Below are positions 1 to 10,376 of a stretch of DNA of 64,000 bases, piece after piece. The notes under the pieces were generated by a model. The model saw only the letters and a list, made by a program, of their open reading frames with translations, made no database searches and had not been told where the DNA came from. The DNA lies in assembly GCA_963774325.1 (NCBI GenBank), contig CAVZEF010000004.1:222958-286957 (forward strand), written 5' to 3'. Origin of the DNA: an uncultured Pseudomonadota bacterium. Lineage in GTDB: Bacteria > Myxococcota_A > Polyangia > Fen-1088. Every line of letters begins with the position of its first letter. The first letter of the stretch is position 1. The translations under genes were made by a program, and so were the position numbers.

Positions 1-593
1 CGTCGCTCGTCGAGCGCGACGCGGGCGGCGAGCTCGTCGGCCCGGACGCGCGAGCGCTTCGCCACCAGCGCGGGGCCGTACCCCTTGGCGCGAAGCTCCT
101 CGTCGCCATCCGCCTCGATGCGCACCACCTCGAGCTGCGAGCGCAACGTGGCCAGCAGCGATTCCTGCGCCAGCCGATCGCTCTCGATCTGGAGCTTCAG
201 CCGCTCGAGCCGGGCGGCGGCGGCGCGCGCCTCCCACTCGAGCTCCACGACCACCTGTTCGAGCTCGGGGTTGCTGAGCTCGACGACGACGGTGTCGGCC
301 GTGACCGCCACTCCCGGCAAGAAGGGGATGCGCTCCACACGGCCGGCGGTGGCGGCGGTGACCCAGCGGATCTCCTCGGGCACGAGGCTCCCGCTGCCGC
401 GCACCTGACGCATCATCAGACCACGCCTGACCGTATCGATCGACAGCGCGGCGCGCTCCACGGCCGGCGCGGCCGGGCGCGCGCGCGACAGCGCCACCAT
501 CCCCGGCGCCAGCGCGGCCAGCGCCGCGCCGGCCAGCGCCAGCCGGTGCCGCCCGCGCCGGCGATGTCGGGGGCGTGCAACGTCCATGCTCAT
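1..593 (-). CDS. HlyD/RND efflux periplasmic adaptor subunit (5' part; runs off window start)
   Basis: Manual minus-strand translation: MSMDVARPRH...N-terminal TM...SIDTVRRGLMMRQVRGSGSLVPEEIRWVTAATAGRVERIPFLPGVAVTADTVVVELSNPELE, typical of this adaptor family. ATG overlaps the PadR stop (ATGA). Confidence 0.85.
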   Translation of the reverse strand, partial: MSMDVARPRHRRRGRHRLALAGAALAALAPGMVALSRARPAAPAVERAALSIDTVRRGLMMRQVRGSGSLVPEEIRWVTAATAGRVERIPFLPGVAVTADTVVVELSNPELEQVVVELEWEARAAAARLERLKLQIESDRLAQESLLATLRSQLEVVRIEADGDEELRAKGYGPALVAKRSRVRADELAARVALDER

Positions 594-925
594 GCCGACT
601 GCATCACCTTCTGGATGGCGAAGCGCAGCTGCTCCCAGCCGGCCTCCTCCTTCTCGAGCTGCCGGCGGCCCGCCCGAGTCAGGCTGTAGTACTTGGCGCG
701 CCGGTTGTTCTCGGACTGCCCCCACTCCGACTCGAGCCACCGCCTGTCCTGCATCCGGTAAAGGGCCGGGTAAAGCGACCCCTCCTCGACGGTGAGGAGG
801 TCGTCGGAGCGGTCGTGGATCTGCTGCGCGATCTCGTAGCCGTGCAGCCGCCCCCTCGCCAGCACCTTCAGGATCAGCATGTCGAGCGTCCCTTGCAGCA
901 GCTCGACCTTCGACGGGTTGGACAG
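590..925 (-). CDS. PadR-family transcriptional regulator
   Basis: ELLQGTLDMLILKVL...LHGYEIA...VEEGSLYPALYR...WGQSENNRRAKYYSLT. The in-frame extension to CTG at 925 follows a GAGAGG; the ATG at 880 is the alternative start. Confidence 0.9.
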   Translation of the reverse strand: MSNPSKVELLQGTLDMLILKVLARGRLHGYEIAQQIHDRSDDLLTVEEGSLYPALYRMQDRRWLESEWGQSENNRRAKYYSLTRAGRRQLEKEEAGWEQLRFAIQKVMQSA

Positions 926-940
926 GGGCCACCTCTCTCA

Positions 941-988
941 CCTAGATGTTCTAGGGATATGGTACGCGGCTCACCTAGACTGTCAAGG
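941..988. promoter_or_regulatory. Putative PadR operator pair: CCTAGA-N3-TCTAGG (941-955) and degenerate CCTAGA-N3-TCAAGG (974-988)
   Basis: One perfect inverted repeat and one near copy 33 bp apart, immediately upstream of padR. Confidence 0.55.
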
Positions 989-1214
989 GGAGAGGGACCG
1001 CCGTTCGTCACGGTCACGCTCGACCTCTCGCCGCCGAGCTTCGATCTCTTCGAGGTCGCGGACGGCACGCGACAGGTGACCTCCGGAGGCAGTTCACCCT
1101 TCGACGTGTACGCCGCGAATCAGATCTTCGCCTTCGACGGCACCGGCCTGTCTCGCAATGCGGGACACGAACGCTGATCGAAGGTCCGGACACATTGAAA
1201 TCACCCTTCGAATC

Positions 1215-1619
1215 CTAACGCCTGCGCAACTCGGCCAGGATCGCGTCCAGCTTCTCGGCCAGCAGCGCGGTGCCGGCGCCGTCACCGTCGGCGGCACCGC
1301 GCGGCGCCTGCGCGCGTTCGTGGTCCAGGGCGCGCGCGGACAGCGCCGGACCGATGGTCATCACCATGGCGCCGATCGCCTTGCCGAGCGGGGTGACGGG
1401 AAAGATGTTGGCGTAACCGACCGACAGCGCCGTCGAGACGTAGTGCAGACCGTCCCAGTAGCTGCGCACCATTGGGTTTGCGCCGGACTCGGCCCAGTAA
1501 AAGAGCGCGGCGCCCCAGCCGACGAGCAAGCCCAGCTCCTCACTGGGCGAGGCGACGTAGGGCGCCGGCGGCGCATGATGCGCCGCCGCACCCAGGGCGA
1601 TGTCAGCCGCATCAACCAT
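1215..1619 (-). CDS. Two-TM potassium-channel-like protein (Ion_trans_2 type)
   Basis: TM - ESGANPMVRSYWDGLHYVSTALSVGYANIFPVTPLGK - TM pore architecture. Start overlaps the flotillin stop. Confidence 0.8.
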   Translation of the reverse strand: MVDAADIALGAAAHHAPPAPYVASPSEELGLLVGWGAALFYWAESGANPMVRSYWDGLHYVSTALSVGYANIFPVTPLGKAIGAMVMTIGPALSARALDHERAQAPRGAADGDGAGTALLAEKLDAILAELRRR

Positions 1620-3477
1620 CGGCGGTCACCCGACCCGCCTGGGTCACGATCGGCGGAGGCGGCACGGCAGCGGCCGGAGGAGCCATCGTGATCGCGGGCG
1701 GCACGGCGGCCGCCGGGGGCGCCGCCATCGCTATCGCGGGCGGCGCGCCGGAGTCACCCGCGAACGACTGGAACGCCGCCTTCAGCTTGTCGGCGTCGGT
1801 GAACTTCATGACCTCCTTCAACATCGGCAGCACAGCCGACGCCTCGATGATGCTCTTGGTGACGGGGCCAAGCGCCCCACCGAGCAGCGGGAACTGCGCG
1901 CCCGCCGAGACACCGTTTCCGTTCGAGCCCGCGCCACCGCCCGACATGCCGCCAAACTGCAGCACCTTGATCTCGCTGATCTTCTCGGCAGGCTTGACCA
2001 GCTCGCGCAGCATCGCGGGGGCGCCCTGGAGAAAAGTCAGGATCGCCTCTTGAAGTAGAATCTCCTTGGACTTCGAGTTCGCCGCCGCGTTCTTCTGGCG
2101 CAGCACCTCGGCCTCCTTGAGGCCGGCCTCCCGATTCGCCTCCGCGAGCTTGGTGATCGACAGGGCCTGCATCTCGGCGGCGTCCGCGTCCGCCTTGGCG
2201 CGAATCTTCACCGCCTGCGCCGCGCCCTCGGCCGACGCCTGCTGGGCCGCCGCCGACGCCTCCGCCTCGAGCCGCTTCTTGAACGACTCGACCTCGGCGG
2301 CGATCTTTTGCTGCTCGGACTCTCGCTGAGCGGCGACGATCGCGACCTGTTTCTGCCGCTCCGCCTCCGCCACCTGACCGACGGTGATGACCTCCTGGTC
2401 AGCCCGCTCTCTCAGCGCCAGCGCGGCCGCCTTCTGGGCGTCAGCCTCGGCCGACTCCTTGGCCTTGAGCGTGAGCGTGATCTGCTTGTCGACCAGCGCC
2501 GCCTCGATGGTCCGTTCCTTGTCCACCTTCGCGGCCTCGACCACCTTCTCCTTGCCGATGGCGGCGGCCTGCTCGGTCTGCTCCTTGCGCGAGCGCTCGA
2601 CGGCGATGTTGGCCTGCCGTTGCAGATCGCGGGCTTCGATGGCTTCGTTCTTGGCCAGGTCGGCCTTCGCCCCCGCCTCCTCTTCCTTGGCCTTGCCCTC
2701 GCGCATGATGCGGGTCTGCTGGGCGACGGTGATTCCCTGTTCGCGCGCGATCTCGGCGGTGCGCTCCGCCTCCTCCTGCATCTTGCGCTTCACCGCGATG
2801 TTCTTCTGCACGACGGTGTTGGTCACCGTTTCGCGACCCGACGCGCCGAAGATGTCGTCGCTGCGCAACTCCGAGAGCGGCGTCTGCGTGAGCTCGGTGA
2901 TGGTCACCGACTCGAGGGTGAAGCCGTTGCGCCCGAGGTCTTCGCGCAGCGCGTTCGAGACCTCTTGCCCGAAGTGCTCGCGGTTGAGGTGCAGCTCCAG
3001 AAAGTCGTTCTGCGCGGCCACCGCGCGGATGGCGCCGATCAGCTTCGGTTCCAGCAACTGCTGCGCCTTGGTCCGGATGGCGTCAGTCGAGGCGCGCCCC
3101 TCGTCGATCCCGATGGTGCGCGCCGCCTTCTTGATGTCGTCTTCGTTGGGCTCGACGCGGATGTAGAACTCCGCCGACAGGTTTGTCGAGATGAAGTCCT
3201 TGGTGACCAGGGCTTCGTGTCCCTCGCGCCGGATCGTGAGACCGATGGTCGACAGCGACATGGTCGCCGCCCGGTGCAGCACCGGGACGATCCAGCAGGC
3301 GCGGCCGATGAACACGTCGGTCGTGGCGCGCCCGATGCGCATGATGGCCTCGGAAGGTGAGGGTCGCTTGAGAAAGCGGGCCATCGCCCCGACGAACAGC
3401 AGCGCAAACACGGTGACGGCACCCACCAGCGCGAGCGCCATCTGCCACACCTCGACTCCCTTCAGTAGACCACTCAT
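1612..3477 (-). CDS. Flotillin/SPFH (YqiK/FloT-like) membrane scaffold protein
   Basis: N-terminal TM, SPFH domain (PSPSEAIMRIG...LVTKDFISTNLSAEFYIRV...NGFTLESVTIT), long Ala/Glu coiled coil, EKISEIKVL flotillin motif. Confidence 0.9.
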   Translation of the reverse strand: MSGLLKGVEVWQMALALVGAVTVFALLFVGAMARFLKRPSPSEAIMRIGRATTDVFIGRACWIVPVLHRAATMSLSTIGLTIRREGHEALVTKDFISTNLSAEFYIRVEPNEDDIKKAARTIGIDEGRASTDAIRTKAQQLLEPKLIGAIRAVAAQNDFLELHLNREHFGQEVSNALREDLGRNGFTLESVTITELTQTPLSELRSDDIFGASGRETVTNTVVQKNIAVKRKMQEEAERTAEIAREQGITVAQQTRIMREGKAKEEEAGAKADLAKNEAIEARDLQRQANIAVERSRKEQTEQAAAIGKEKVVEAAKVDKERTIEAALVDKQITLTLKAKESAEADAQKAAALALRERADQEVITVGQVAEAERQKQVAIVAAQRESEQQKIAAEVESFKKRLEAEASAAAQQASAEGAAQAVKIRAKADADAAEMQALSITKLAEANREAGLKEAEVLRQKNAAANSKSKEILLQEAILTFLQGAPAMLRELVKPAEKISEIKVLQFGGMSGGGAGSNGNGVSAGAQFPLLGGALGPVTKSIIEASAVLPMLKEVMKFTDADKLKAAFQSFAGDSGAPPAIAMAAPPAAAVPPAITMAPPAAAVPPPPIVTQAGRVTADG

Positions 3478-3481
3478 CGTC

Positions 3482-4183
3482 TCAGCTCCTTTTGTCGTGC
3501 TCGAGCTCGGGGCAAGCCGTCGCCCAGAAGAGCTGCTTGTCCCCGTCGTAACTGACCAAGAGCACCTTGGTCCCACGTGGCAGCGGCGCCTCACCAGCGC
3601 GCACGCAGCCGTGCAATAGAAGCTCGTTCCCGCGATCGTCATGGACCCGGATCTCGCCGAAGCGAGCGTCCAACGTCGCCGATGCCACGACGCCGACCTT
3701 GCCCTCGAGATCGCGCTTGGCGACAGCGCCGCGGCCACCTACGTCGACCAAGCGCGCCGCCAGCCGCGAGAACAATCGTACGCTGGCCAGGCCCACTACC
3801 AGCGACGACAGCGATACGGCGACGAACCACCACCCGTGGTACGCCCCGGCCGCGCGCACGAACAGCACGCGGTTGACGAAGATCCCGCTGAAGCCGCCGA
3901 AGAGGAACAAGGTCACCCAGACCACCATGAACGGAACGCGACCCACGCCCAGGAACGCGAGCGCGTCGTGCCACGCGGCGGTCATTCCGCCGCCAACGGC
4001 GTCGGCGTCGGCGTCGGCAGGCACATCCGCGTCGACGTCGTGATCAACGTCGGCATCGACGTCATGGTCGGCGTCGCCGCCCAGGAGGCCGATCGCCTGC
4101 AGGACGAAGAACACCCCGCACAGGCCCAACATCACCAGGAACGGCAAGTTCCACCAGTGATTCAAGAACGCCAGGAAACTCAA
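3482..4183 (-). CDS. YqiJ/NfeD-like membrane protein (flotillin partner, C-terminal OB fold)
   Basis: WWNLPF, acidic DHDVDAD repeat, LGVGRVPFMV TM hairpin, C-terminal GKVGVV...FGEIRV...GTKVLLVSYD. TTG start after GGAGG. Confidence 0.8.
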   Translation of the reverse strand: MSFLAFLNHWWNLPFLVMLGLCGVFFVLQAIGLLGGDADHDVDADVDHDVDADVPADADADAVGGGMTAAWHDALAFLGVGRVPFMVVWVTLFLFGGFSGIFVNRVLFVRAAGAYHGWWFVAVSLSSLVVGLASVRLFSRLAARLVDVGGRGAVAKRDLEGKVGVVASATLDARFGEIRVHDDRGNELLLHGCVRAGEAPLPRGTKVLLVSYDGDKQLFWATACPELEHDKRS

Positions 4184-4343
4184 TTCCCAACCTCCTCCCG
4201 GTGAAAGGGTACTCGAAAAAAAGAGCGGCGCCGCGCAATCGGGCAACCCCGCGCGAGCGTTGGGATCTCAGTCCGTGATAGCGTGCGGCCCGCTTGCGTG
4301 TGGCACTGCGCACCTGTAACCGTACGCGACCGAGGAGCACGCC

Positions 4344-5567
4344 ATGACCGAGACCCCCGAGGCCCAGAGGAGAGCGCGGCTGATCCGCGAGCATCGCGAG
4401 TTGCTCGCGCGCAAGAACGAGCTCGACCCGACCTTCTCCAATGGCTTGTGCGATCGCTATCGCTTTCCGGTGCTGACCGCGGCGCACACGCCGATCTTCT
4501 GGCGTTACGACCTCGACCTCGACGACAACCCGTTCCTCCTCGAACGGCTGGGCGTCAACGCCGTCTTCAACGCCGGCGCGATCGAGCACGCGGGCAAGAT
4601 CTTGGTTGTCTGCCGCGTCGAGGGCGTCGACCGCAAGTCGTTCTTCGCCGTCGCTGAAAGCGCCAACGGTATCGACGCGTTCAGATTTTGGGACTACCCG
4701 ATCCTGCTGCCGGAGACCGACGACCCCGACATCAACGTCTACGACATGCGCCTCGTGCGGCACGAGGACGGCTACATCTATGGTCTGTTCTGCACCGAGC
4801 GAAAAGACCCGGCCGCGCCTTCCGGCGACACCTCGAGCGCGATCGCGCAGTGCGGGATCGCGCGCACGCGTGACCTCGTCACGTGGGAACGGCTCGCCGA
4901 CCTGCGAAGCCGCTCGGCGCAACAGCGCAACGTCGTGCTGCACCCGGAATTCATCGACGGAAAGTACGCGTTCTACACGCGCCCGCAGGACAGCTTCATC
5001 GAGGCCGGCAAAGGCGGCGGGATCGGCTGGGCGCTGTCCGACTCGATCGAGCGCGCCACGATCGGCGACGAGCTGATCATCGACGAGAAGCGGTACCACA
5101 CGATCAAGGAGGCGAAGAACGGCCAGGGGCCGGCACCGCTCAAGACCGCGAAAGGCTGGCTTCATATCGCACACGGCGTGCGCAACACGGCCGCGGGCCT
5201 GCGCTACGTCCTTTACGCGTTCCTCTCCGACCTCGCGCACCCCGAGCGCGTCACGCACAGCCCCGGCGGCTACCTGCTGGCGCCGATCGCAGACGAGCGC
5301 GTGGGCGACGTCTCGAACGTGCTCTTCTGCAACGGCGCGGTGGCGCGCGCGAACGGCGAGATCCTGATCTACTACGCCTCGTCGGACACGCGCCTTCACG
5401 TCGCGACGACGACGGTCGACAAGATGCTCGACTACGTCACCGGGACGCCGCCCGACGGGCTTCGCTCGCACGCGTCGGTCGCGCAGCGCCATGCGCTCAT
5501 CGACAAGAACCTGGCCCTCATCGCCCGCGCGACGGACAGCGATCCGCTCCGCCGCGCACGAGGCTGA
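4344..5567 (+). CDS. GH130 4-O-beta-D-mannosyl-D-glucose phosphorylase-like glycosidase
   Basis: [76 protein letters not shown]. Confidence 0.9.
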   Translation: MTETPEAQRRARLIREHRELLARKNELDPTFSNGLCDRYRFPVLTAAHTPIFWRYDLDLDDNPFLLERLGVNAVFNAGAIEHAGKILVVCRVEGVDRKSFFAVAESANGIDAFRFWDYPILLPETDDPDINVYDMRLVRHEDGYIYGLFCTERKDPAAPSGDTSSAIAQCGIARTRDLVTWERLADLRSRSAQQRNVVLHPEFIDGKYAFYTRPQDSFIEAGKGGGIGWALSDSIERATIGDELIIDEKRYHTIKEAKNGQGPAPLKTAKGWLHIAHGVRNTAAGLRYVLYAFLSDLAHPERVTHSPGGYLLAPIADERVGDVSNVLFCNGAVARANGEILIYYASSDTRLHVATTTVDKMLDYVTGTPPDGLRSHASVAQRHALIDKNLALIARATDSDPLRRARG

Positions 5568-5582
5568 GCGACCGAGCCAGCG

Positions 5583-6062
5583 TTACATCGACAGTGCCAG
5601 GTCGAAGCTGCCGTTCGTGATGCTCTTCGTGCCGCCGCTCGGCAGATCGAACACCACCTCGAACGTCCCGACGATCGGCGCACCACCGACGGCGCCGATC
5701 TGCGTGAAGGCCACCGTGCAGCTCTCGGCCTTGATCGTCGGCCCCGCGGGATTGTCGTTTCTGTAGCTGAGGAGCAGCGGCTTGTCGGGCGTCGTCTGGC
5801 CGCAGACGAACGTTTGCGCCGTGAACGGCGTCGGCGCCGCGGCGTAGATCGTGACGGCCGCGCTGTCGTTGACGCCGAGCATGTCGACGGAGTCCCTCCC
5901 CCCCATCGACAACCACGTCGCCTGTCCCCCGGTCGCGGTCATCATCACGCCGTCGTCGAGCCAGGTGAAGTGGTGGGCGCCGCCCAGCACGTTGCCGCCG
6001 CTGACGCAGCCGCCGAGCAGCGCCGACGCGGCGACAACCCACGCTCCGATTCGTGCCGTCAT
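5583..6062 (-). CDS. Hypothetical lipoprotein
   Basis: ATG at 6062, signal ending LLGG-C, beta-rich C-terminus (GTFEVVF...ITNGSFDL). Confidence 0.65.
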   Translation of the reverse strand: MTARIGAWVVAASALLGGCVSGGNVLGGAHHFTWLDDGVMMTATGGQATWLSMGGRDSVDMLGVNDSAAVTIYAAAPTPFTAQTFVCGQTTPDKPLLLSYRNDNPAGPTIKAESCTVAFTQIGAVGGAPIVGTFEVVFDLPSGGTKSITNGSFDLALSM

Positions 6063-6088
6063 CCGCTCAGCATAACCCTGTCCGCGGG

Positions 6089-6508
6089 CTACAGGTACCG
6101 CTGCTCCGCCGACCGGTCCCAGGCGTTGGCTCGCCCGTCCGCGTAGTGGATGGGGGCGCTGGCAAGCTCGTCGTCGCTCGCGTCGTCGAGGCAGGCGACG
6201 TTCACCGCGTGAAAGCTGCCGCCCATCTGGGGGAGCACCCCGCCCTCGGAGAAGGCGCGGACGCCGCACTGGTTGCAGAAGAACAGGTGCAGGAAAGGCT
6301 CGGCCCTGGTGGGCGGCGTGTGCCGGTAGTCGGTGAGCGACTCCTGGCCGCGCAACAGCCGAAACTCACCCTCTCTCGCGAACGCCATCCAGAACCGAGC
6401 CTTGCGGCAGAATGAACAGTTGCACCGGGTCGTCCCGGCCGCGAGGTCGAGCTCGCACTCGAACGCGACCGCTCCACAGTGACAGCTCCCGTGATAGGTC
6501 TTTTTCAT
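6089..6508 (-). CDS. GFA/CENP-V family protein
   Basis: YHGSCHCGAV, CNCSFCRK, FCNQCGV. Confidence 0.9.
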   Translation of the reverse strand: MKKTYHGSCHCGAVAFECELDLAAGTTRCNCSFCRKARFWMAFAREGEFRLLRGQESLTDYRHTPPTRAEPFLHLFFCNQCGVRAFSEGGVLPQMGGSFHAVNVACLDDASDDELASAPIHYADGRANAWDRSAEQRYL

Positions 6509-6584
6509 GACCGCTCCTACTGATTTCGTTTTACAACCAGTTGTCTTTTAAGATCGAACCGCCCAGACTGCAAGCAGGAAGTCG

Positions 6585-7007
6585 ATGGCGCCGCGCTCCT
6601 ACTGTCCCATCAACCTCGGCCTCGAGATCTTCGGCGACACGTGGACGCTCCTCGTGCTCCGCGACCTGATGTTCGGCGGCAAACGTCACTTCCGCGAGCT
6701 CTTGCAGTCCGACGAGGGGATCTCCTCGAACATCCTCGCCAACCGGCTCAAGCGCCTGGTCGACCGCGGGATCCTCACCAAGCGCGACGACCCGACCCAC
6801 AAGCAGAAAGCGATCTACAGCCTCACCGATCGCGGCATCGCCCTCCTGCCGATCCTGCTGCAGGTCGGAGCCTGGAGCCGCGTTCACCTGCCCGAGACGC
6901 GACGGTCCGATCCCCGGGTCCTGGCGATGAACCGATCGCTCGTCGAGAGTCGGGGAGCGATGCGGCGAAAGATGGCCGAGCTGCGCAAGGTCCACGTCGG
7001 CCGCTGA
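6585..7007 (+). CDS. HxlR-family winged-helix regulator
   Basis: CPINLGLEIFGDTWTLLVLRDL...HFRELL...ISSNILANRLK...YSLTDRG; divergent from the GFA gene. Confidence 0.9.
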   Translation: MAPRSYCPINLGLEIFGDTWTLLVLRDLMFGGKRHFRELLQSDEGISSNILANRLKRLVDRGILTKRDDPTHKQKAIYSLTDRGIALLPILLQVGAWSRVHLPETRRSDPRVLAMNRSLVESRGAMRRKMAELRKVHVGR

Positions 7008-7035
7008 CGGCGGTCGCAGGGGTCGGAGCTGGACT

Positions 7036-8659
7036 TCATCTCCGCGGGCGCGTGCGCAGGCCGTGCCGATCCAGGAACGCCTCCAGGCGTCCCGGATCGG
7101 CGTCGGGATCGGCCCAGGCGACGTAGCCGTCGGGGCGCACCAGGTAGAGCGCATCGCGACGCAGGCCCGCGCGATGCCGGCGCGATGCCGGCAGCGCGAA
7201 TTCGTGCAGCGGCAGCGCGCGCCGCGCACACGCCTCGCGCAGCGGGTCGCGCGCCCGCCCGTACACATGCACCTGCCAGTCGAGCGCCGCCAAAGGGGCG
7301 TGGTTGTCGGCGCCGGGCCCCGAACCCTCGGCGGGGCGGAGCCAGGGCAGCCGGTCGCCGCCGCGCACAGCGCCCGCGCGGCCCGCGCTGATCGCGCTCT
7401 GCCGGTAGTGGATCCCGATCTGCGCCACCGTGCGGAACATCAGCCGGCGCGTGAGCGCGAAGCGAAACAGCAGAGGGACCAGCGGCCGGCAACAACGTGA
7501 GGCGCACGAAACGCGACCACCGCGTCGGGCTGGTCGCGGCCGTGAAGGCGCGGTCGGTGGTGGCGACCAGGCGGCGCGCGAAGGCGATGCGTTCCGGCTC
7601 GTAGGTGTCGAGCAGCGCTTCATCGGCGCGCCCATCCAGCACGGCTGCCAGCTTCCACGCCAGGTTGACCGCGTCGCCGAGGCCGGTGTTCATGCCCTGC
7701 CCGCCCACGGGACTGTGCACGTGCGCCGCGTCGCCGAGCAAGAACGCCCGCCCGCGGCGAAACTGCGACGCGACCCGGTGGTGCACCCGGTAGGTCGAGA
7801 ACCAGCGCACCTCGGCGACGTCGATGTGCAGGCGGCGCAGCAGGTCCGGGCTGACGTCGTCCCAGCCGAGCGCGCGGCTCCCCGCCTCGGCCTCGACCGC
7901 GGCCGGCATGGTGCCGATGAGCCGCGCGCGCCCCACTTGCCGGCTGCCGGCGCCGCCCGCCGCGTCGACGTCGGCCAGCGGGAACACCGCGATCAGATCC
8001 TCACTGTCCAGCGCCACGTGCAGCTCGCCGTTCATCATCGGCCCGTGCGCGCGCACGTCGGCGACGTAGAACAGATGATCGTAGGTCCCGCCCACGAAGC
8101 CCTCTCCCAGCGCGGCGCGCACCGCCGAGTGGGCGCCGTCGCAGCCGGCGATGTAGCGCGCCGTCACCGGCGACGTCGCGCCGTCGGGCAGCCGCAGCTC
8201 GGCGCGCACGCTGCCGGTCTCCTGGACGAAGCCGACCAGCTCGACCGGCCGCTCGACGGTGACGCCCTCGCGCCCGAGCAGATCGATGAGCAAGCGTTCG
8301 TGCTCGTCCTGCGGGTACGTCGTCACATAGGGGAACGGGCTCAGCTCGCCACCGAGATCGCCGAGCACGACGTGACCGCGCTGGACGCCACCGGCCCACA
8401 GGTTGACCGCGGCGAACTTCAACCCGCGCGCGACGATCGGGTCGGCGACGCCCAGCTGCCGGTACTGCTCCAGCGTGCGCGCCTGCACCGCCAGCGCGCG
8501 CGAGGTCGTGCCCGGCTCGGCCGCCTTGTCGACGATGCGCACGCGCCGGCCGAGCCGCCGCAGCCACAGCGCCAGAAGGAGGCCGGTTGGGCCTGCGCCC
8601 ACAATCAGGACGTCCAGCACGTCAGGTGCGTCAGGCGCGTGCGTGTGGGGCCTATCCAT
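7036..8659 (-). pseudogene. FAD-dependent monooxygenase (PheA/TfdB-like) with one frameshift near 7485
   Basis: GAGPTG, GCDGAHS, LLGDAAHVHSPVGGQGMNTG in one frame; C-terminus (FRTVAQIGIHYR...GDRLPW...LYLVRPDGYV) in another. Real lesion versus assembly error is undecidable here. Confidence 0.8.
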
Positions 8660-9905
8660 GGTGGGGCCCTCGGCGGGCCTCCTTCGCGGCCACGCGCAGC
8701 GATCGACGGAGCTGCGTTTCGAGGAGGGTTCCACGCCGGGACTCCGCCTCGCGACGTTTGAGCAGCGCCAGGACCGCCGTCTCCGCGGGTCGCAAGTCCC
8801 GATTCGAGCGCGCGGGCAGCGCCATCGCACGCGCGAATGCGGTGCCGCGGGCCAGCGAGCCATCGAGGAATGCGCCTATCACCTCGGGGTGAACGTAGCA
8901 CTTGCGGCATACCGACGCCGTATTGCCCAGGCGCCGCGCGACCTGCTCGATCGCGCGCACCACGTCTCGCTTGCTCGGCGGGCGGTGGCCGGGCCGGACC
9001 CGCGCGCCGGCGGCCGCGCGCGCGTTGTCGTTGGCGCACATGGCGCACAGCGCGGTCGCCGCCAGCACGGTGCCGGCCCAGGTGCGGAAGTCCTTGGCGG
9101 TGAACTCGTCACCCGCGATGTCCCGGATGTATTCGTTGACCTCGGCCGAGGTGATCGTCGCCGGCTGGCCATCCTCGTCCAGGTACTGAAACAGCTCCTG
9201 TCCCGGCAGGTCGCGGCAGCGCCGGACGGTGCGCGCGATCGCGGTGTCGTGGATCGAGATCTGGTGGAAGACGCCGCTCTTGCCCCGAAAGTGAAATCGC
9301 ACCTCGGCCGGGCCGAAGGCCACATGCCGATCCTTCAGCGTCGTGAGGCCAAAAGATTGGTTGGCGCGCGCGTACTCCTCGTTGCCCACGCGGATGAACG
9401 TGATCTCCAGCAGGCGCACGACCGTCGCCAGCACTTTGCGGTGGGACAAACCCGGGGCGCGCAGATCGGCGGCCACGCGCCGGCGAATCGCCGGCAGCGC
9501 ACGCGCGAACGCGATCATCTTCGCGTACTTGGTCTCGTCACGGTGCTCGCGCCAGCGTGCGTGATAGCGGTACTGCTTTCGCCCGCGGCCGTCGCGGCCG
9601 GTGGCCTGGATGTGCCCTGCGGCGTGCGGGCAGATCCAGACGTCTCGCCACGCGGGTGGAATCGCCAGGCGGCGGATCCGGTCGAGCTGTTCTCGATCGC
9701 GTACGACGCGGCCCTGCGCGTCCAGGATCTCGAACGGCTCGACCCGGCGCTTGCCCTGCCGCGACGTCTTGCCGTTGCGCCGCCGCCGCAACCCCGGCTG
9801 CGAATCCTCGACGTGGCGCAACCCCGCCGCGCGGGCGGCCGCCAGCGGATCGTTCGCCTCGATCAAGGCGTCGGCGACCGGGCGCAAGGCGAGTGCGGGT
9901 GCCAC
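8652..9905 (-). CDS. DNA topoisomerase IB (bacterial, poxvirus-like)
   Basis: IPPAWRDVWI, GRKQYRYH, IRVGNEEY, FGLTTL, FRGKSG, AKDFRTW, LGNTASVCRKCYVHP (catalytic Tyr). Confidence 0.93.
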   Translation of the reverse strand: MAPALALRPVADALIEANDPLAAARAAGLRHVEDSQPGLRRRRNGKTSRQGKRRVEPFEILDAQGRVVRDREQLDRIRRLAIPPAWRDVWICPHAAGHIQATGRDGRGRKQYRYHARWREHRDETKYAKMIAFARALPAIRRRVAADLRAPGLSHRKVLATVVRLLEITFIRVGNEEYARANQSFGLTTLKDRHVAFGPAEVRFHFRGKSGVFHQISIHDTAIARTVRRCRDLPGQELFQYLDEDGQPATITSAEVNEYIRDIAGDEFTAKDFRTWAGTVLAATALCAMCANDNARAAAGARVRPGHRPPSKRDVVRAIEQVARRLGNTASVCRKCYVHPEVIGAFLDGSLARGTAFARAMALPARSNRDLRPAETAVLALLKRREAESRRGTLLETQLRRSLRVAAKEARRGPHHG

Positions 9906-9908
9906 CGC

Positions 9909-10214
9909 CTAGCGGTGACGCCAGCCGCCGTCGTGCCAGTCGTAGTGATCTTCGTGGCGGTCCCAACGCCCCGGCTCGTAGTCATATCCGCGACGCTCGC
10001 GCACGTAATGGCCGCGCGACCACACGTAGTGGTTGTGACGCCAGCCGTGGTGCCCACCCACCCAGACATATCCGCGCCGCGGAGCGTAGTGCTCCTCGAC
10101 AGGCGGCGGTGGGGCGTCGTGCCCGCCGTGAATGACGATGACTGCCGCCATCGCCGTCGGGCTGACGAGCCCAATCAGCAACAGACCCAAGAGTCCACTT
10201 TTCCATCTGGTCAT
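9909..10214 (-). CDS. Secreted YXWGXW/WXXGXW-repeat protein
   Basis: Signal peptide, APPPP, GYVWVGGHHGW...YVWSRGHY...YEPGRW repeats. Confidence 0.85.
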   Translation of the reverse strand: MTRWKSGLLGLLLIGLVSPTAMAAVIVIHGGHDAPPPPVEEHYAPRRGYVWVGGHHGWRHNHYVWSRGHYVRERRGYDYEPGRWDRHEDHYDWHDGGWRHR

Positions 10215-10376
10215 GTGTTGTTGGTAATCACCACCTGAAGCGCAGGTAGTGCTTGCCGTCGCTTTTCGCCTCTTCGCCGGTGGAGGCGGGGTATGCCCGG
10301 GTACGTCCTCAGGCCGCGCGACGGCGCGTTCGCCGCACGGCCGGCGCCGCGGACGATCGGGCGCGCGGAGTCTTCA

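Noticed and set aside
990-1177. Coding-like tail of ORF 575..1177
   Set aside because: No clear start or RBS and no recognisable motif; at most a remnant
4237-4252. Possible sigma54 site (GG-N10-GC) upstream of the yqiJ-flotillin operon
   Set aside because: The -24 element lacks TGGCAC similarity; likely chance at this GC content
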